From: Dehalococcoidia bacterium
GTDB taxonomy: Bacteria > Chloroflexota > Dehalococcoidia > Lucifugimonadales > UBA1123
Reading direction: 5' to 3'
Assembly (NCBI GenBank): GCA_021295915.1
Contig: JAGWBK010000005.1
Coordinates: forward strand, 23,251-87,250
DNA length: 64,000 nucleotides
The translations under genes and the position numbers were made by a program. The notes beneath the pieces are model-generated. The model was given only the letters and a program-made list of their open reading frames with translations, was not told where the DNA came from and searched no databases. This document shows, one piece after another, positions 29,436 to 38,752 of this stretch; position 1 is the stretch's first letter; every line of letters starts with the position of its first letter.

Positions 29436-31334
29436 ATGCAGTCAGCCCGACTATGCTTGAAGACCTTGGCACTTTTGGGAGTGACAGCCGCGATAATGCT
29501 GTCGGTCGCCGCCTGTGGAGCAGCGGAATCACCTTCGGCTCCTCAGCAGCCAGCGCAGCCCGCGGCCGCAGCACCAGCACAGCCTGCAGCCGCAGGTGCT
29601 CAGACTTCACCTGCCTCCCCAGTGCAGCCAGCGCAGCCAGCCGCTGCCATGCCCGCCGCGACAGCTGCCCCTGCAGCGACTCCGGAATTTATCCAACCAG
29701 GTGCGATCCCAAAGAGAGCCGTCCCCACCCCTGCGGCTGCCATGGCTACCATGGGACCCGAGGGCTCCCTCGTCTTTGCGGACGAGGATATCGACTTCCC
29801 AGCGAGGGTCCCCAAGAAGACCGGCTGCACGGACCACGACAATAACATCCGTTGGGGCGTAGACGAAGGCGCCATATTCTGGAGCGCTGAAGAGGTCGCT
29901 TACGAGCCTGGCCTCGCGACTGGTTGGGAGTTCAGCGACGACCTCCTCCAGTTGACCTTCGACATCAGAAGAGGTGTCCAGTACCATGACGGCTGGGGAG
30001 AGGTGACAGGCCACGACTGGAAGTGGGCCTGGGAGACCACAATGGAGCAGGACTCCGTATTCCCAATCTTCCTGGGTCGAGACCACATAGACCGGATTGA
30101 AGTCCCTGATGACTACACCGTGTCCATGCACTTGACTAAGCCCAACATCTTCTTCCTGGACACCAACATACCCAGCGCAGGTTGTGGCAGCGTCCCATTC
30201 GCTAGCAAGAGGCGTGTGGACGAACTGGGTGAAGAGGAAGCCCACACCAACCTCACCGGAGGGACCGGACCCTTCAAGTACACGAGATTCGATTCGGGCG
30301 ACCGCGCGGAGCTTGAAGCTGTGCCCGGTCACTGGAGGAACGACTCCAACTACGCGAATGTGACGATGGTGGAGATTCAGGAGTCAGCTACACAGGTAGC
30401 CGCGCTGCTTGTTGGAGAGATTGATGCAGCCATTGTTCCAGTAACGCAGGCGGAGCGCTTCGAAGGCTCGAAAGTGGAACTGCGGCGGCAGCGAGGTGGC
30501 GGCTACCAGCGCCTCTATGCACAGGGCCGCTTCTGCATGAAGGTGTCTCTCGACGGTACTGTGCCGGTCGACCCGTATCCGAGGCCCGGCTATGATCCCA
30601 CCAAACCCTGGGTCGGTGATTGCGAGAGCCCCGAGGAGCAGGAGAACGCCAGGAAGGTACGCTGGGCCGTTTCGATGTCAATCGACCGGCAGGGAATCGT
30701 TGACAACATCCTGGGCGGGTTCGGACGGCAGCCTGGACCAGCCGAAATGGTGGGTGTGACCTATGACAAGTACTACCTGGACAAGTGGGCCGTCCCATAC
30801 GACCCCGACATGGCCAGGCAGTATCTGGTTGAAGCGGGTTACCCTGACGGGTTCGAAATGGAGATGCGCTGCACGACCGGTCACCCGCTCATGGTTGAGA
30901 TGTGCGAGGCGATCGCGAAGGGGATTACCGACATCGGGATCGATGTCAACGTCGTGACGATGGCCTACTCGGCGAACCGACCGTGTGTCGTCGCTCGTGA
31001 GTGCGGCAACTGGTGGTTCCGCACCGGGGGCGAGGGTCTAGGTCTGAACCCCGAGATCGCGTTGCTGCGCCGCAACTCTGTTCGCACGTTCAACCCCGGT
31101 TTCGAAATCCGCGAGCAGCTTGAGATCCTGGCCAAGATCGACGCTTGCAAGAACACCGAGTGCCTGGACGAGTTCCGAGACGTCCACTGGGACTGGTGGC
31201 ACCACAACCAGCAGATTATCGGGGTTGTCGAGACATTCGGACTCATCGGTGTTAACACTGAGAAGATCGGAGAGTGGGAGATCCCGTTCGGTATGGGTGG
31301 ACTTGCCGCCTTTGACAGGATCCAGAAGCCCTAG
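29436..31334 (+). CDS. ABC transporter substrate-binding lipoprotein, family 5 (peptide/nickel/glutathione type) with a long Pro/Ala-rich tether
   Basis: 632-aa ORF with a signal peptide and lipobox (LSVAAC, Cys27), a Pro/Ala/Gln-rich linker of about 75 aa, and then an SBP_bac_5-like body. Confidence 0.88.
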   Translation: MQSARLCLKTLALLGVTAAIMLSVAACGAAESPSAPQQPAQPAAAAPAQPAAAGAQTSPASPVQPAQPAAAMPAATAAPAATPEFIQPGAIPKRAVPTPAAAMATMGPEGSLVFADEDIDFPARVPKKTGCTDHDNNIRWGVDEGAIFWSAEEVAYEPGLATGWEFSDDLLQLTFDIRRGVQYHDGWGEVTGHDWKWAWETTMEQDSVFPIFLGRDHIDRIEVPDDYTVSMHLTKPNIFFLDTNIPSAGCGSVPFASKRRVDELGEEEAHTNLTGGTGPFKYTRFDSGDRAELEAVPGHWRNDSNYANVTMVEIQESATQVAALLVGEIDAAIVPVTQAERFEGSKVELRRQRGGGYQRLYAQGRFCMKVSLDGTVPVDPYPRPGYDPTKPWVGDCESPEEQENARKVRWAVSMSIDRQGIVDNILGGFGRQPGPAEMVGVTYDKYYLDKWAVPYDPDMARQYLVEAGYPDGFEMEMRCTTGHPLMVEMCEAIAKGITDIGIDVNVVTMAYSANRPCVVARECGNWWFRTGGEGLGLNPEIALLRRNSVRTFNPGFEIREQLEILAKIDACKNTECLDEFRDVHWDWWHHNQQIIGVVETFGLIGVNTEKIGEWEIPFGMGGLAAFDRIQKP

Positions 31335-31343
31335 GACCCCTCA

Positions 31344-32264
31344 ATGAAAGCCTTCCTGGTTAGAAGGGCAGGGATGTCCCTGGTCACCCTGCTGGCGGTC
31401 AGCATGTTGGTATTCATGCTGGCGCGCCTGCAGGGTGACCCTCGAGCTGTGATGCTCTCGGACTACACCACGAACGAGCAGTACGAGGCTTGGGGTCGCG
31501 AGATGGGCCTCGATAAGCCTATTGCGGTCCAGTATGTGGTCTATATCGGAAAGGTAATGAAGGGTGACCTCGGGGATTCACTGCTGCAGGACGGTACCTC
31601 CGTGGCCACTCTTCTCTGGCGCAGGATTCCCAACACCGTTCAACTTGCAATGGCCGCCTTTGCAGTCGCCCTCATCCTGGGCATCCCCCTGGGTGTGCTA
31701 GCGGCGGTCACGAGGGGTAGCGTGTGGGACTACGGAGCCCGCAGCTTTGCGATATTCGGACACTCCGCCCCGTCGTTCTGGGTAGGACTTATTTTCATTG
31801 TTGTATTCGCCGTCGAGTTAGGTTGGTTTCCGACGTCTCGCAAGGTGGACTGGGACAGCATTGTGCTCCCGGCTATGGCGCTCGGATGGGGTGCGGCCGG
31901 AGGCATTTTGCGCTTGATGCGCTCTTCCATGTTGGAAGTTCTCGACTCAGAGTACGTGAAGTTGGCCAAAGCAAAGGGAATGTCATCGGTGCAGGTAGTT
32001 TGGAAGCATGCCTTCCGCAACGCACTGATCGCGCCCATCACTGCCGCCGGTCTCCTTTTTGCGGGTCTGATAACGGGTACAGTAGTGACTGAATCTGTGT
32101 TCGCATGGCCGGGACTTGGCCTGCTCGCCATACAGGCTGTCAACAAGTCCGACTATCCAGTGCTGCAGGGAGTGATCCTGCTGGTGACGTTCATCTATGT
32201 GCTCACTGCGCTCGCTGTCGACCTCCTGTACGCATACATAGACCCGAGAATCAAGTACAACTAG
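31344..32264 (+). CDS. ABC transporter permease (DppB/OppB-like)
   Basis: 306-aa ORF with six hydrophobic segments and the EAA-like loop SEYVKLAKAKGMS ... FRNALIP. Confidence 0.9.
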   Translation: MKAFLVRRAGMSLVTLLAVSMLVFMLARLQGDPRAVMLSDYTTNEQYEAWGREMGLDKPIAVQYVVYIGKVMKGDLGDSLLQDGTSVATLLWRRIPNTVQLAMAAFAVALILGIPLGVLAAVTRGSVWDYGARSFAIFGHSAPSFWVGLIFIVVFAVELGWFPTSRKVDWDSIVLPAMALGWGAAGGILRLMRSSMLEVLDSEYVKLAKAKGMSSVQVVWKHAFRNALIAPITAAGLLFAGLITGTVVTESVFAWPGLGLLAIQAVNKSDYPVLQGVILLVTFIYVLTALAVDLLYAYIDPRIKYN

Positions 32265-32270
32265 ACCGAA

Positions 32271-33182
32271 ATGTTTAGCAGAAGCGCACAGACACTCACT
32301 CCGGAACAGGCGCTCACCAGGCGCTCTGGTCCGCGTCTGTTTGGATTACCGATGCCTGAACTGCGTAGGTGGCCGGTGTCCTCGATCATCATCCTCGGAC
32401 TGTTCGTTATCGCTGCAGGTGGCGCGGACTGGATATCTCCATACGAACTCAATGAAGGGGAACTGGGAGACCGGCACATTCCACCAATGTTCTTCGGCGG
32501 CACCGCCGAGCATGTCCTGGGCACGGACTATCTGGGTCGGGACATTCTGACCCGCACGATTTACGGCGCTCGAATATCGCTGATGGTGGCTGCCGTGGTA
32601 TTAGGAGTAGGGGGGCTATTCGGAACCGTAGTAGGAATGATCTCCGGCTACTTCGGAGGCTGGGTGGACGAGATCATCATGCGCGTCGTGGACATCAAGT
32701 TCTCACTGCCGTTCATCCTCATTGCGCTGGCCCTTGCGCTCATCTTAGGCCCGAGTCTGCCTCTACTTCTCGGACTTCTGGCCTTCCTGATATGGGGAGG
32801 ATTCGCGCGTCAGGTTCGCGGCGAGGTGCTTGTGCTGAAAGAGATGGACTATGTCGCCTTGGCCAAGGTCACCGGCGCATCTACCCCGCGCATACTCTAC
32901 AAGCACATACTCCCCGGCGTGCTTAACACGATCGTCGTTGTGGCGACGATCCAGGTTGGCAACATCATCCTAGCTGAGGCGTCGCTGAGCTTCCTCGGCG
33001 CCGGAGTGCCTCCACCGACACCAGCGTGGGGCTCTATGGTCGCTCTTGGCCGGCTGTACGTCGTAGATGCATGGTGGGACAGCCTCGCGCCCGGCATGGT
33101 CATCGCCCTGGTCGTCATCGCCTTCACTCTGCTCGGCGACTGGGTTCGCGACAGGATGGACCCCCGTCTCAGGCAGACGTAG
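32271..33182 (+). CDS. ABC transporter permease (DppC/OppC-like)
   Basis: 303-aa ORF with GTDYLGRDILTR and the EAA-like loop MDYVALAKVTGAS ... HILPG. Confidence 0.9.
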   Translation: MFSRSAQTLTPEQALTRRSGPRLFGLPMPELRRWPVSSIIILGLFVIAAGGADWISPYELNEGELGDRHIPPMFFGGTAEHVLGTDYLGRDILTRTIYGARISLMVAAVVLGVGGLFGTVVGMISGYFGGWVDEIIMRVVDIKFSLPFILIALALALILGPSLPLLLGLLAFLIWGGFARQVRGEVLVLKEMDYVALAKVTGASTPRILYKHILPGVLNTIVVVATIQVGNIILAEASLSFLGAGVPPPTPAWGSMVALGRLYVVDAWWDSLAPGMVIALVVIAFTLLGDWVRDRMDPRLRQT

Positions 33183-33284
33183 TCCTGTCAACCTGACCCA
33201 TTGCACGCTGTCCTATGCACTAGTAGGATTGCCCTGTCGAGGGTTGCGTACACCAGATGAAGTGCATCCCCCAGGAGAGACGCT

Positions 33285-34487
33285 ATGAACTTCGGTCTGC
33301 TATTTGAGATGCAGCGCCCGTACGAGGGCACCGAGATCGACTGGAACACCCTGTACAAGGAGACTCTTGACCAGTGTGAGCTTGCCGACAACGTCGGCTT
33401 CGACAGGGTATGGTTCGTTGAGCACCACTTCCTGCTTGGATTCTCAGGCTCCCCGTGCCCCGAGGTGATCTTCGGCGCTCTCAGCCAGCGCACCAAAAAC
33501 ATCAGGATTGGGTTCGGAGTGTCGATACTACCTCACGCGCATCCAGTGCGGATAGCTGAGCGTGTGGCGATGGTTGACCAGCTCACCGATGGACGAGTCG
33601 AGTTTGGTACCGGCCGCTCCAACGCCTATGAGCAGATGGGCCTCGGCGTGGATCCTCGGGACACCCGCGAAATGTGGAACGAGTCCATCTCCATGCTGCC
33701 ACAGATCTGGCAGTCCGATGAGTTTGAGTGGGATGGTAAGTTCTGGAATGTGCCGTCTCGCCGCGTGCTGCCCAAGCTGGTACAGAAACCTCATCCGAAC
33801 ATGTACCTGGCCTGCACTCAGTCATCCAGCTTCGACCTGGCGGCAGAAAAGGGCATAGGCGTGCTTTCATCCGCCTCGTACGCGACGTCTGTCCTGGAGT
33901 CGCACGTCAAGACATACAAAGAGAAGATCAAGAATGCCAATTCCGTTGGCGCGTTCACGACCAACTACTGGGCTAACAACGTCCACGCCTTCTGCGGTCC
34001 TGACAACCAGGCGGCTCGTGAGCTCGCCGCGGATTCTATGAAGACCTTCTTCGGGCCTGACAAGCCGTACATTGCCGGTCGGGTCGGCGCCTACGAAGAG
34101 CTGCTGGAGGCATGGGGCGGCGTTCCCGAGCACCTTGAAGCCGACTTCGGACGCTGGCTACGTCAGTCTGATGAGGCTCACAAGCAGCAGGCCGAAGAGG
34201 TGGGAATCTCGCTGGACTCAGGGCCGGGTGCTGCACGTGCAGCCATAGCCGAGCTTGACCCGAACACGCTTGCCGACCGTGCCGTCACCATCGCCGGAGA
34301 TCCCGATAGCTGCATCCGAGCCATCCAGCAATACCAGGAGATCGGCGTCGACGAAGTCATGATGATTATCCAGACTGAGACCATTCCGCACGAGAAGGTC
34401 ATGAGCTCCATCGAACTATTCGGCAAGGAGGTCTTCCCCGTCATCCGAGAGATGGAGAAGTCCAAAGCCGTAGCAACCGCGGACTAG
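33285..34487 (+). CDS. LLM-class flavin-dependent oxidoreductase
   Basis: 400-aa ORF with the N-terminus MNFGLLFEMQRP ... FDRVWFVEHHF, typical of luciferase-like monooxygenases. Confidence 0.85.
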   Translation: MNFGLLFEMQRPYEGTEIDWNTLYKETLDQCELADNVGFDRVWFVEHHFLLGFSGSPCPEVIFGALSQRTKNIRIGFGVSILPHAHPVRIAERVAMVDQLTDGRVEFGTGRSNAYEQMGLGVDPRDTREMWNESISMLPQIWQSDEFEWDGKFWNVPSRRVLPKLVQKPHPNMYLACTQSSSFDLAAEKGIGVLSSASYATSVLESHVKTYKEKIKNANSVGAFTTNYWANNVHAFCGPDNQAARELAADSMKTFFGPDKPYIAGRVGAYEELLEAWGGVPEHLEADFGRWLRQSDEAHKQQAEEVGISLDSGPGAARAAIAELDPNTLADRAVTIAGDPDSCIRAIQQYQEIGVDEVMMIIQTETIPHEKVMSSIELFGKEVFPVIREMEKSKAVATAD

Positions 34488-34739
34488 CATTCAGTGAGCA
34501 CGATAATCGTTCTGGCCGCCGTTCTATTACTCATCGTGGTATGCAGTGCCGCATATCGACTCTTCCTACTGAAGCCGTCTCAACGTGGGCTGTCGAAAAA
34601 AGCACGTCATCAAGCTGAACGGCAGATAGACTTGCACGGGCAAACGTACTGCAACCATTGGACCATTCACTAGGTTGGCATGTGGCGGCTTGATGAGACA
34701 GATGCCTGCCCTAATTCAGGACACCCCAACTAACTGACT

Positions 34740-36884
34740 ATGGACTTCTGGTCGGAGGCGCAGCTCGCCTCCATTCACAAGATGCTAAATCCTCGCTCGA
34801 TCGCCGTCGTTGGCGCGACCGAGCGACCACAGTACGGCGGCAGGTTCCTGCGTGCGGCGCTCCAGGCCGGTGACCGGGTGAGCGTATATCCGGTCAACCC
34901 CCGCTACGACGAACTACTTGGCCTGAAGTGCTACGCAAGCGTACTGGACCTGCCTGAGGCGCCAGATGCCGTCGGCATCATAGTCCCGTATCACAGGGTG
35001 ATACCCGTGCTGCGAGAGAGCGCCGAGCGCGGCGCAGGCTCTGCAATTGTCATATCCGCAGGCTTCTCAGAGCGCGGAGTGGATGACCGGCGAGAGCTCC
35101 AGGCTGAACTTGGGGATGTTGCTAAGGAGACCGGAGTCCGTATCTCCGGCCCGAACTGCCTGGGCCTCGCGAACATAAAGGACGACATCTGGGCGTGTTC
35201 ATCGTCACGACTCGAGGGCGTTGAACTCAGGAGTGGAAACGTCGGGCTCGTATGTCAGAGCGGCGCGTCGGCTTTCGGGCCGTTCATGTCGAGGGCCATC
35301 GGACGTGGCGTAGGTTACTCCTACATCGTCTCGACGGGAAACGAAGCAGACCTGGAAGCTCCGGACTTCGGCAGGTACCTGCTCGATGACGACGATACCA
35401 GCGTCATCGCCATGTTTATCGAGGGCTTCAAGGACGCTCGAAAATTCCTCGAAGTCGCCAGGCTGGCAGCAGAGCGTGGCAAGCCTATTGTGGCCGTCAA
35501 GATTGGTCGGTCCGACCTCGGAATGAGGGCCGCACGCTCGCACACCGCCGCGCTCACAGGCGTCGACGAGGTGTACGATGCCGCGTTCGAACAGTACGGT
35601 GTCATTCGCGTCCACGACTGGGACAAGCTGCTTGAGATCGCACAGCTCTTGTCAGTGGGCAAGTCGCCGGCCAATCGCGGAATCTCCCTGGTCTCACACT
35701 CAGGGGGTGTCTGCTCCCTAACCGCAGACAATCTCGGCGACGCTGGCCTCGAACTGCCCGAACTCACCGACCCTGCCAGAGATGCCATTAATAACATACT
35801 CGAGGGGTTCGGATGGGCCGCAAACCCTGCCGACATTACCGGACACGCCAGCCGTGACACGGTGCTGCCCATCATGGAGCACATGATCAGCGAGCCGGAG
35901 GTTGGAACGCTGGTCGTCGCGAGTTCAGCCTCGGACGCCCAGGCGCAGCACGTGATCGACGTTCGGGATAGACACGACGAGCTCGTGACGTTCCTGTACA
36001 CCGGCAACGAGCTGGGGGCCTCCACAGGACTAGACCGGCTGAAGGATGCGGGCGTGCCCGTGTTCCACAGTCCCGAAAACCTCGCTTCTGCGCTGAAGCA
36101 GTTCCACGACTACCATTCGTGGCGACAGTCGAGGCATGGGTCCGACTTCGGAAGCGTGGCTCCAATGGACGACACTCAGAGTGCCTTTGCCGCTCGGATC
36201 AAGTCCGGGGGAGAAACAACCCTGTCCGAGCACGAGGCCAAACAGCTCATCCAGCAATGGGATGTTACAGTCGCGACTGAGCGGGTAGCCAATTCTGAGG
36301 ACGAAGCCTTGGCTGCTGCCCGGGAGATAGGCTACCCGGTCGTGGTAAAGGTCAACTCTCCCGACATCCTGCACAAGACCGAGGCTGGAGCCCTGAGAGT
36401 AGGCCTGACCTCTGACTATGCAGTGCGAGCAGCCTATGAGGAGGTTGTGGCCAACTCCAAGTCCTACTCACCCGGTGCTCGCCTCGAAGGCGTGCTGGTG
36501 GGAGAGATGGTCCGCGATGCTGCCGAAGTCATAGTCGGCGTGACTTACGACTCTCAGCTGGGTCCAGTACTGCTATTCGGAATGGGTGGCGTTCTCGTAG
36601 AGGTAATGCGCGATGTCGCGCTGAGGGTGTGCCCAATCTCGCGCCAGGATGCCGAAGAGATGGTCGCCCAGGTACGTGGTAGTCGCCTGCTGCACGGATT
36701 CCGAGGTCAGCCAAAAGGCGATGTCGATGCGCTGGTCGATACGCTCGTGCGGGTCTCAGACCTCGCGGTCCACCTTGATGGCGTCATAGAGGAGTTGGAC
36801 ATCAACCCTCTCGCGGTGCTTCCCGAAGGCAGCGGCGTGAAGGCGTTGGATGCTCTGGTAACCCTGAAACAGGACAAGTCATGA
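34740..36884 (+). CDS. ADP-forming acyl-CoA synthetase (acetate--CoA ligase family; fused CoA-binding, ligase-CoA and ATP-grasp domains)
   Basis: 714-aa ORF with a CoA-binding N-terminus (PRSIAVVGATERP), GPNCLGL, a phosphohistidine-loop-like ARSHTAALTG, and a C-terminal ATP-grasp (EHEAKQLI ... GYPVVVKV). Confidence 0.85.
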   Translation: MDFWSEAQLASIHKMLNPRSIAVVGATERPQYGGRFLRAALQAGDRVSVYPVNPRYDELLGLKCYASVLDLPEAPDAVGIIVPYHRVIPVLRESAERGAGSAIVISAGFSERGVDDRRELQAELGDVAKETGVRISGPNCLGLANIKDDIWACSSSRLEGVELRSGNVGLVCQSGASAFGPFMSRAIGRGVGYSYIVSTGNEADLEAPDFGRYLLDDDDTSVIAMFIEGFKDARKFLEVARLAAERGKPIVAVKIGRSDLGMRAARSHTAALTGVDEVYDAAFEQYGVIRVHDWDKLLEIAQLLSVGKSPANRGISLVSHSGGVCSLTADNLGDAGLELPELTDPARDAINNILEGFGWAANPADITGHASRDTVLPIMEHMISEPEVGTLVVASSASDAQAQHVIDVRDRHDELVTFLYTGNELGASTGLDRLKDAGVPVFHSPENLASALKQFHDYHSWRQSRHGSDFGSVAPMDDTQSAFAARIKSGGETTLSEHEAKQLIQQWDVTVATERVANSEDEALAAAREIGYPVVVKVNSPDILHKTEAGALRVGLTSDYAVRAAYEEVVANSKSYSPGARLEGVLVGEMVRDAAEVIVGVTYDSQLGPVLLFGMGGVLVEVMRDVALRVCPISRQDAEEMVAQVRGSRLLHGFRGQPKGDVDALVDTLVRVSDLAVHLDGVIEELDINPLAVLPEGSGVKALDALVTLKQDKS

Positions 36885-37795
36885 CGTACACTGTCCGCCG
36901 CTCCTGGCTCATTGTGCCTGCCCACGACGATAAGGCTCTGTTTGAGGCTGCCGAGTCAGGTGCCGACGTGGTTGTTCTTGACCTGCAGGACACTGTACAC
37001 GAGAGTCGCAAGCACAACGCGCGTGCCAACGTGCCCGGCGCCATAGAAACGATGCGAGACGCCGGAGCCGAGGTCTTCGTGCGCTCCGACATCGAGTTGA
37101 TGTACGCCGACCTCGATGCGTCCGTCTGGCGCGGACTGTCGGGCGTGGTGCTGCCCGGCGTGAAGAGCGTTGAGCAGGTCCAGGAGGCCGACGAGATTCT
37201 CTCTCACTTCGAAGCTGAGCGCGGAGTGGTCAAACCTCCACCGGTCGGTCACGTTAGAGAGGCTGACGATCCACGTGGACCAGAACAAGCTCTCGAGATC
37301 CACCTTTCGCTCGATACCGGTCCAGGCAACTGGCACGCGGAGGATCTGATCCGAGCCAGCGACCGCGTCAAATCCGTCAGCCTTGGACGCGCCGACCTCG
37401 TCATGGACCTCCGTGAGGACCCTGCCGGAGATCTCCACTTGCTCCCGTATCTCATGCAGAGACTAATCATCATCGCAAACGCGACCGGAGTAGAACCTGT
37501 CGGAGCGTGGTGGCGCGCGACGTCCCGGGGGCTGGCAGCAGGTTACGGTGATACGCTCCAGGCCGCGCTGACCGGGAGACAGGCTGGTTTCCGAGGCGCA
37601 CTCTGTATGAGGGCAAACCAGGTCGAGGCGCTAAACAGGGGCTTTACCCCTTCCGGATCGGAGGTGGAGAGCCACACGGCGATGTCTTCTGATTCGGAAA
37701 TATCGTCCAATGTCATTGCATGGGCAGACGCTTGCGCAGCACGCGATCAGGCGAGAGAACTTGTGCGCGGCCAGTCACAGTCCGGCCCTGTTTAG
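36881..37795 (+). CDS. HpcH/HpaI aldolase / citrate lyase beta (CitE)-like protein, paralog 1
   Basis: 304-aa ORF with an ATGA overlap with the synthetase stop. CitE-like blocks are RRSWLIVPA ... SGADVVVLDLQDTV, VVLPGVKS, LSLDTGPG and SLGRADLVMDL. Substitutions occur at canonical acidic positions. Confidence 0.75.
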   Translation: MTYTVRRSWLIVPAHDDKALFEAAESGADVVVLDLQDTVHESRKHNARANVPGAIETMRDAGAEVFVRSDIELMYADLDASVWRGLSGVVLPGVKSVEQVQEADEILSHFEAERGVVKPPPVGHVREADDPRGPEQALEIHLSLDTGPGNWHAEDLIRASDRVKSVSLGRADLVMDLREDPAGDLHLLPYLMQRLIIIANATGVEPVGAWWRATSRGLAAGYGDTLQAALTGRQAGFRGALCMRANQVEALNRGFTPSGSEVESHTAMSSDSEISSNVIAWADACAARDQARELVRGQSQSGPV

Positions 37796-37807
37796 AGAGA
37801 ACAAGCT

Positions 37808-38752
37808 ATGACCAGAAGAGTAAGACGCTCCGGGCTGACAATGCCCATCAACAACCCTCGTTTCGTGGGGCGGTCATGGACTCGTGACTGCGACTATCTC
37901 AACTTCGATTTCGAAGACTCCGTGCCCCAATCGCAAAAGGAGCACGCCCGTACCCTGGTCCGGGACGCCATTGTGCAGGGCCAGAATGGCGCAGCCGAGA
38001 TTAATATCAGGATTAACTGCGCCTATCCCGAGGTCGACGTTCCCGCAGCCGTGTGGCCCGGAGTCACGCAGATCAACTTCCCAAAGGCGGAGACGGCCGA
38101 GCAGATCAAGAACCTCGACGAACTCATCACCAGGATGGAGAGAGTCCGGGGAATCCGGCCCGGCACCGTTCGCATTGGCGCGACAGTCGAGACCACCCTG
38201 GGAGTGGCGAACTCGTACGAGATAGCATCTGCCAGCCGCCGCATCGATTCGTTTGGGCCTGGTACAGGCTATGACATGTCGATGGACATGGGCGTCGAGA
38301 TGTTTGTGGGGTTCGATCAGTTCTTCTATAACCGCGGCGAGGGCGAGCTTGTAGCTCTTGCGCTCGGACTGGAGCGTGACGGCGGCGTATACATGCCGGA
38401 CACGACCGGCGATGTGGGAAACGCCGACCTCGCTATCAATCGGGCGCGGGCCAATAGGAAGGCAGGCCTGAGGTCAGGCGGCGGCCTCCACCCAAACGTC
38501 GTAGCCCCTCAGAACGAGGGCCTCACTCCCACAGCCGAAGAGGTCGACCACGCCCACAGGATCCTCGACTTCTTTGCAGAGCTTGATGAAGCTGGAGAGG
38601 TTGAGGGAGATCTCGACGGCCAGATCGTCGACGTCTACGAGGCTGGGCGCGCGCTTGAGCTGATCGAGTGGGCTGACCTCTGCGCTCAGCGAGACGCGGA
38701 GAAGGCCGCTGCCCGCGCGCAGACCGAGGCCACCGAGGAGTCTTCAGCATGA
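37808..38752 (+). CDS. HpcH/HpaI aldolase / CitE-like lyase, paralog 2 (canonical motifs retained)
   Basis: 314-aa ORF with RRSGLTMP ... NFDFEDSV, IRIN, INFPKAET, ATVETTLGV and FGPGTGYDMSMDMG. These match the CitE/malyl-CoA-lyase motif order. Confidence 0.8.
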   Translation: MTRRVRRSGLTMPINNPRFVGRSWTRDCDYLNFDFEDSVPQSQKEHARTLVRDAIVQGQNGAAEINIRINCAYPEVDVPAAVWPGVTQINFPKAETAEQIKNLDELITRMERVRGIRPGTVRIGATVETTLGVANSYEIASASRRIDSFGPGTGYDMSMDMGVEMFVGFDQFFYNRGEGELVALALGLERDGGVYMPDTTGDVGNADLAINRARANRKAGLRSGGGLHPNVVAPQNEGLTPTAEEVDHAHRILDFFAELDEAGEVEGDLDGQIVDVYEAGRALELIEWADLCAQRDAEKAAARAQTEATEESSA

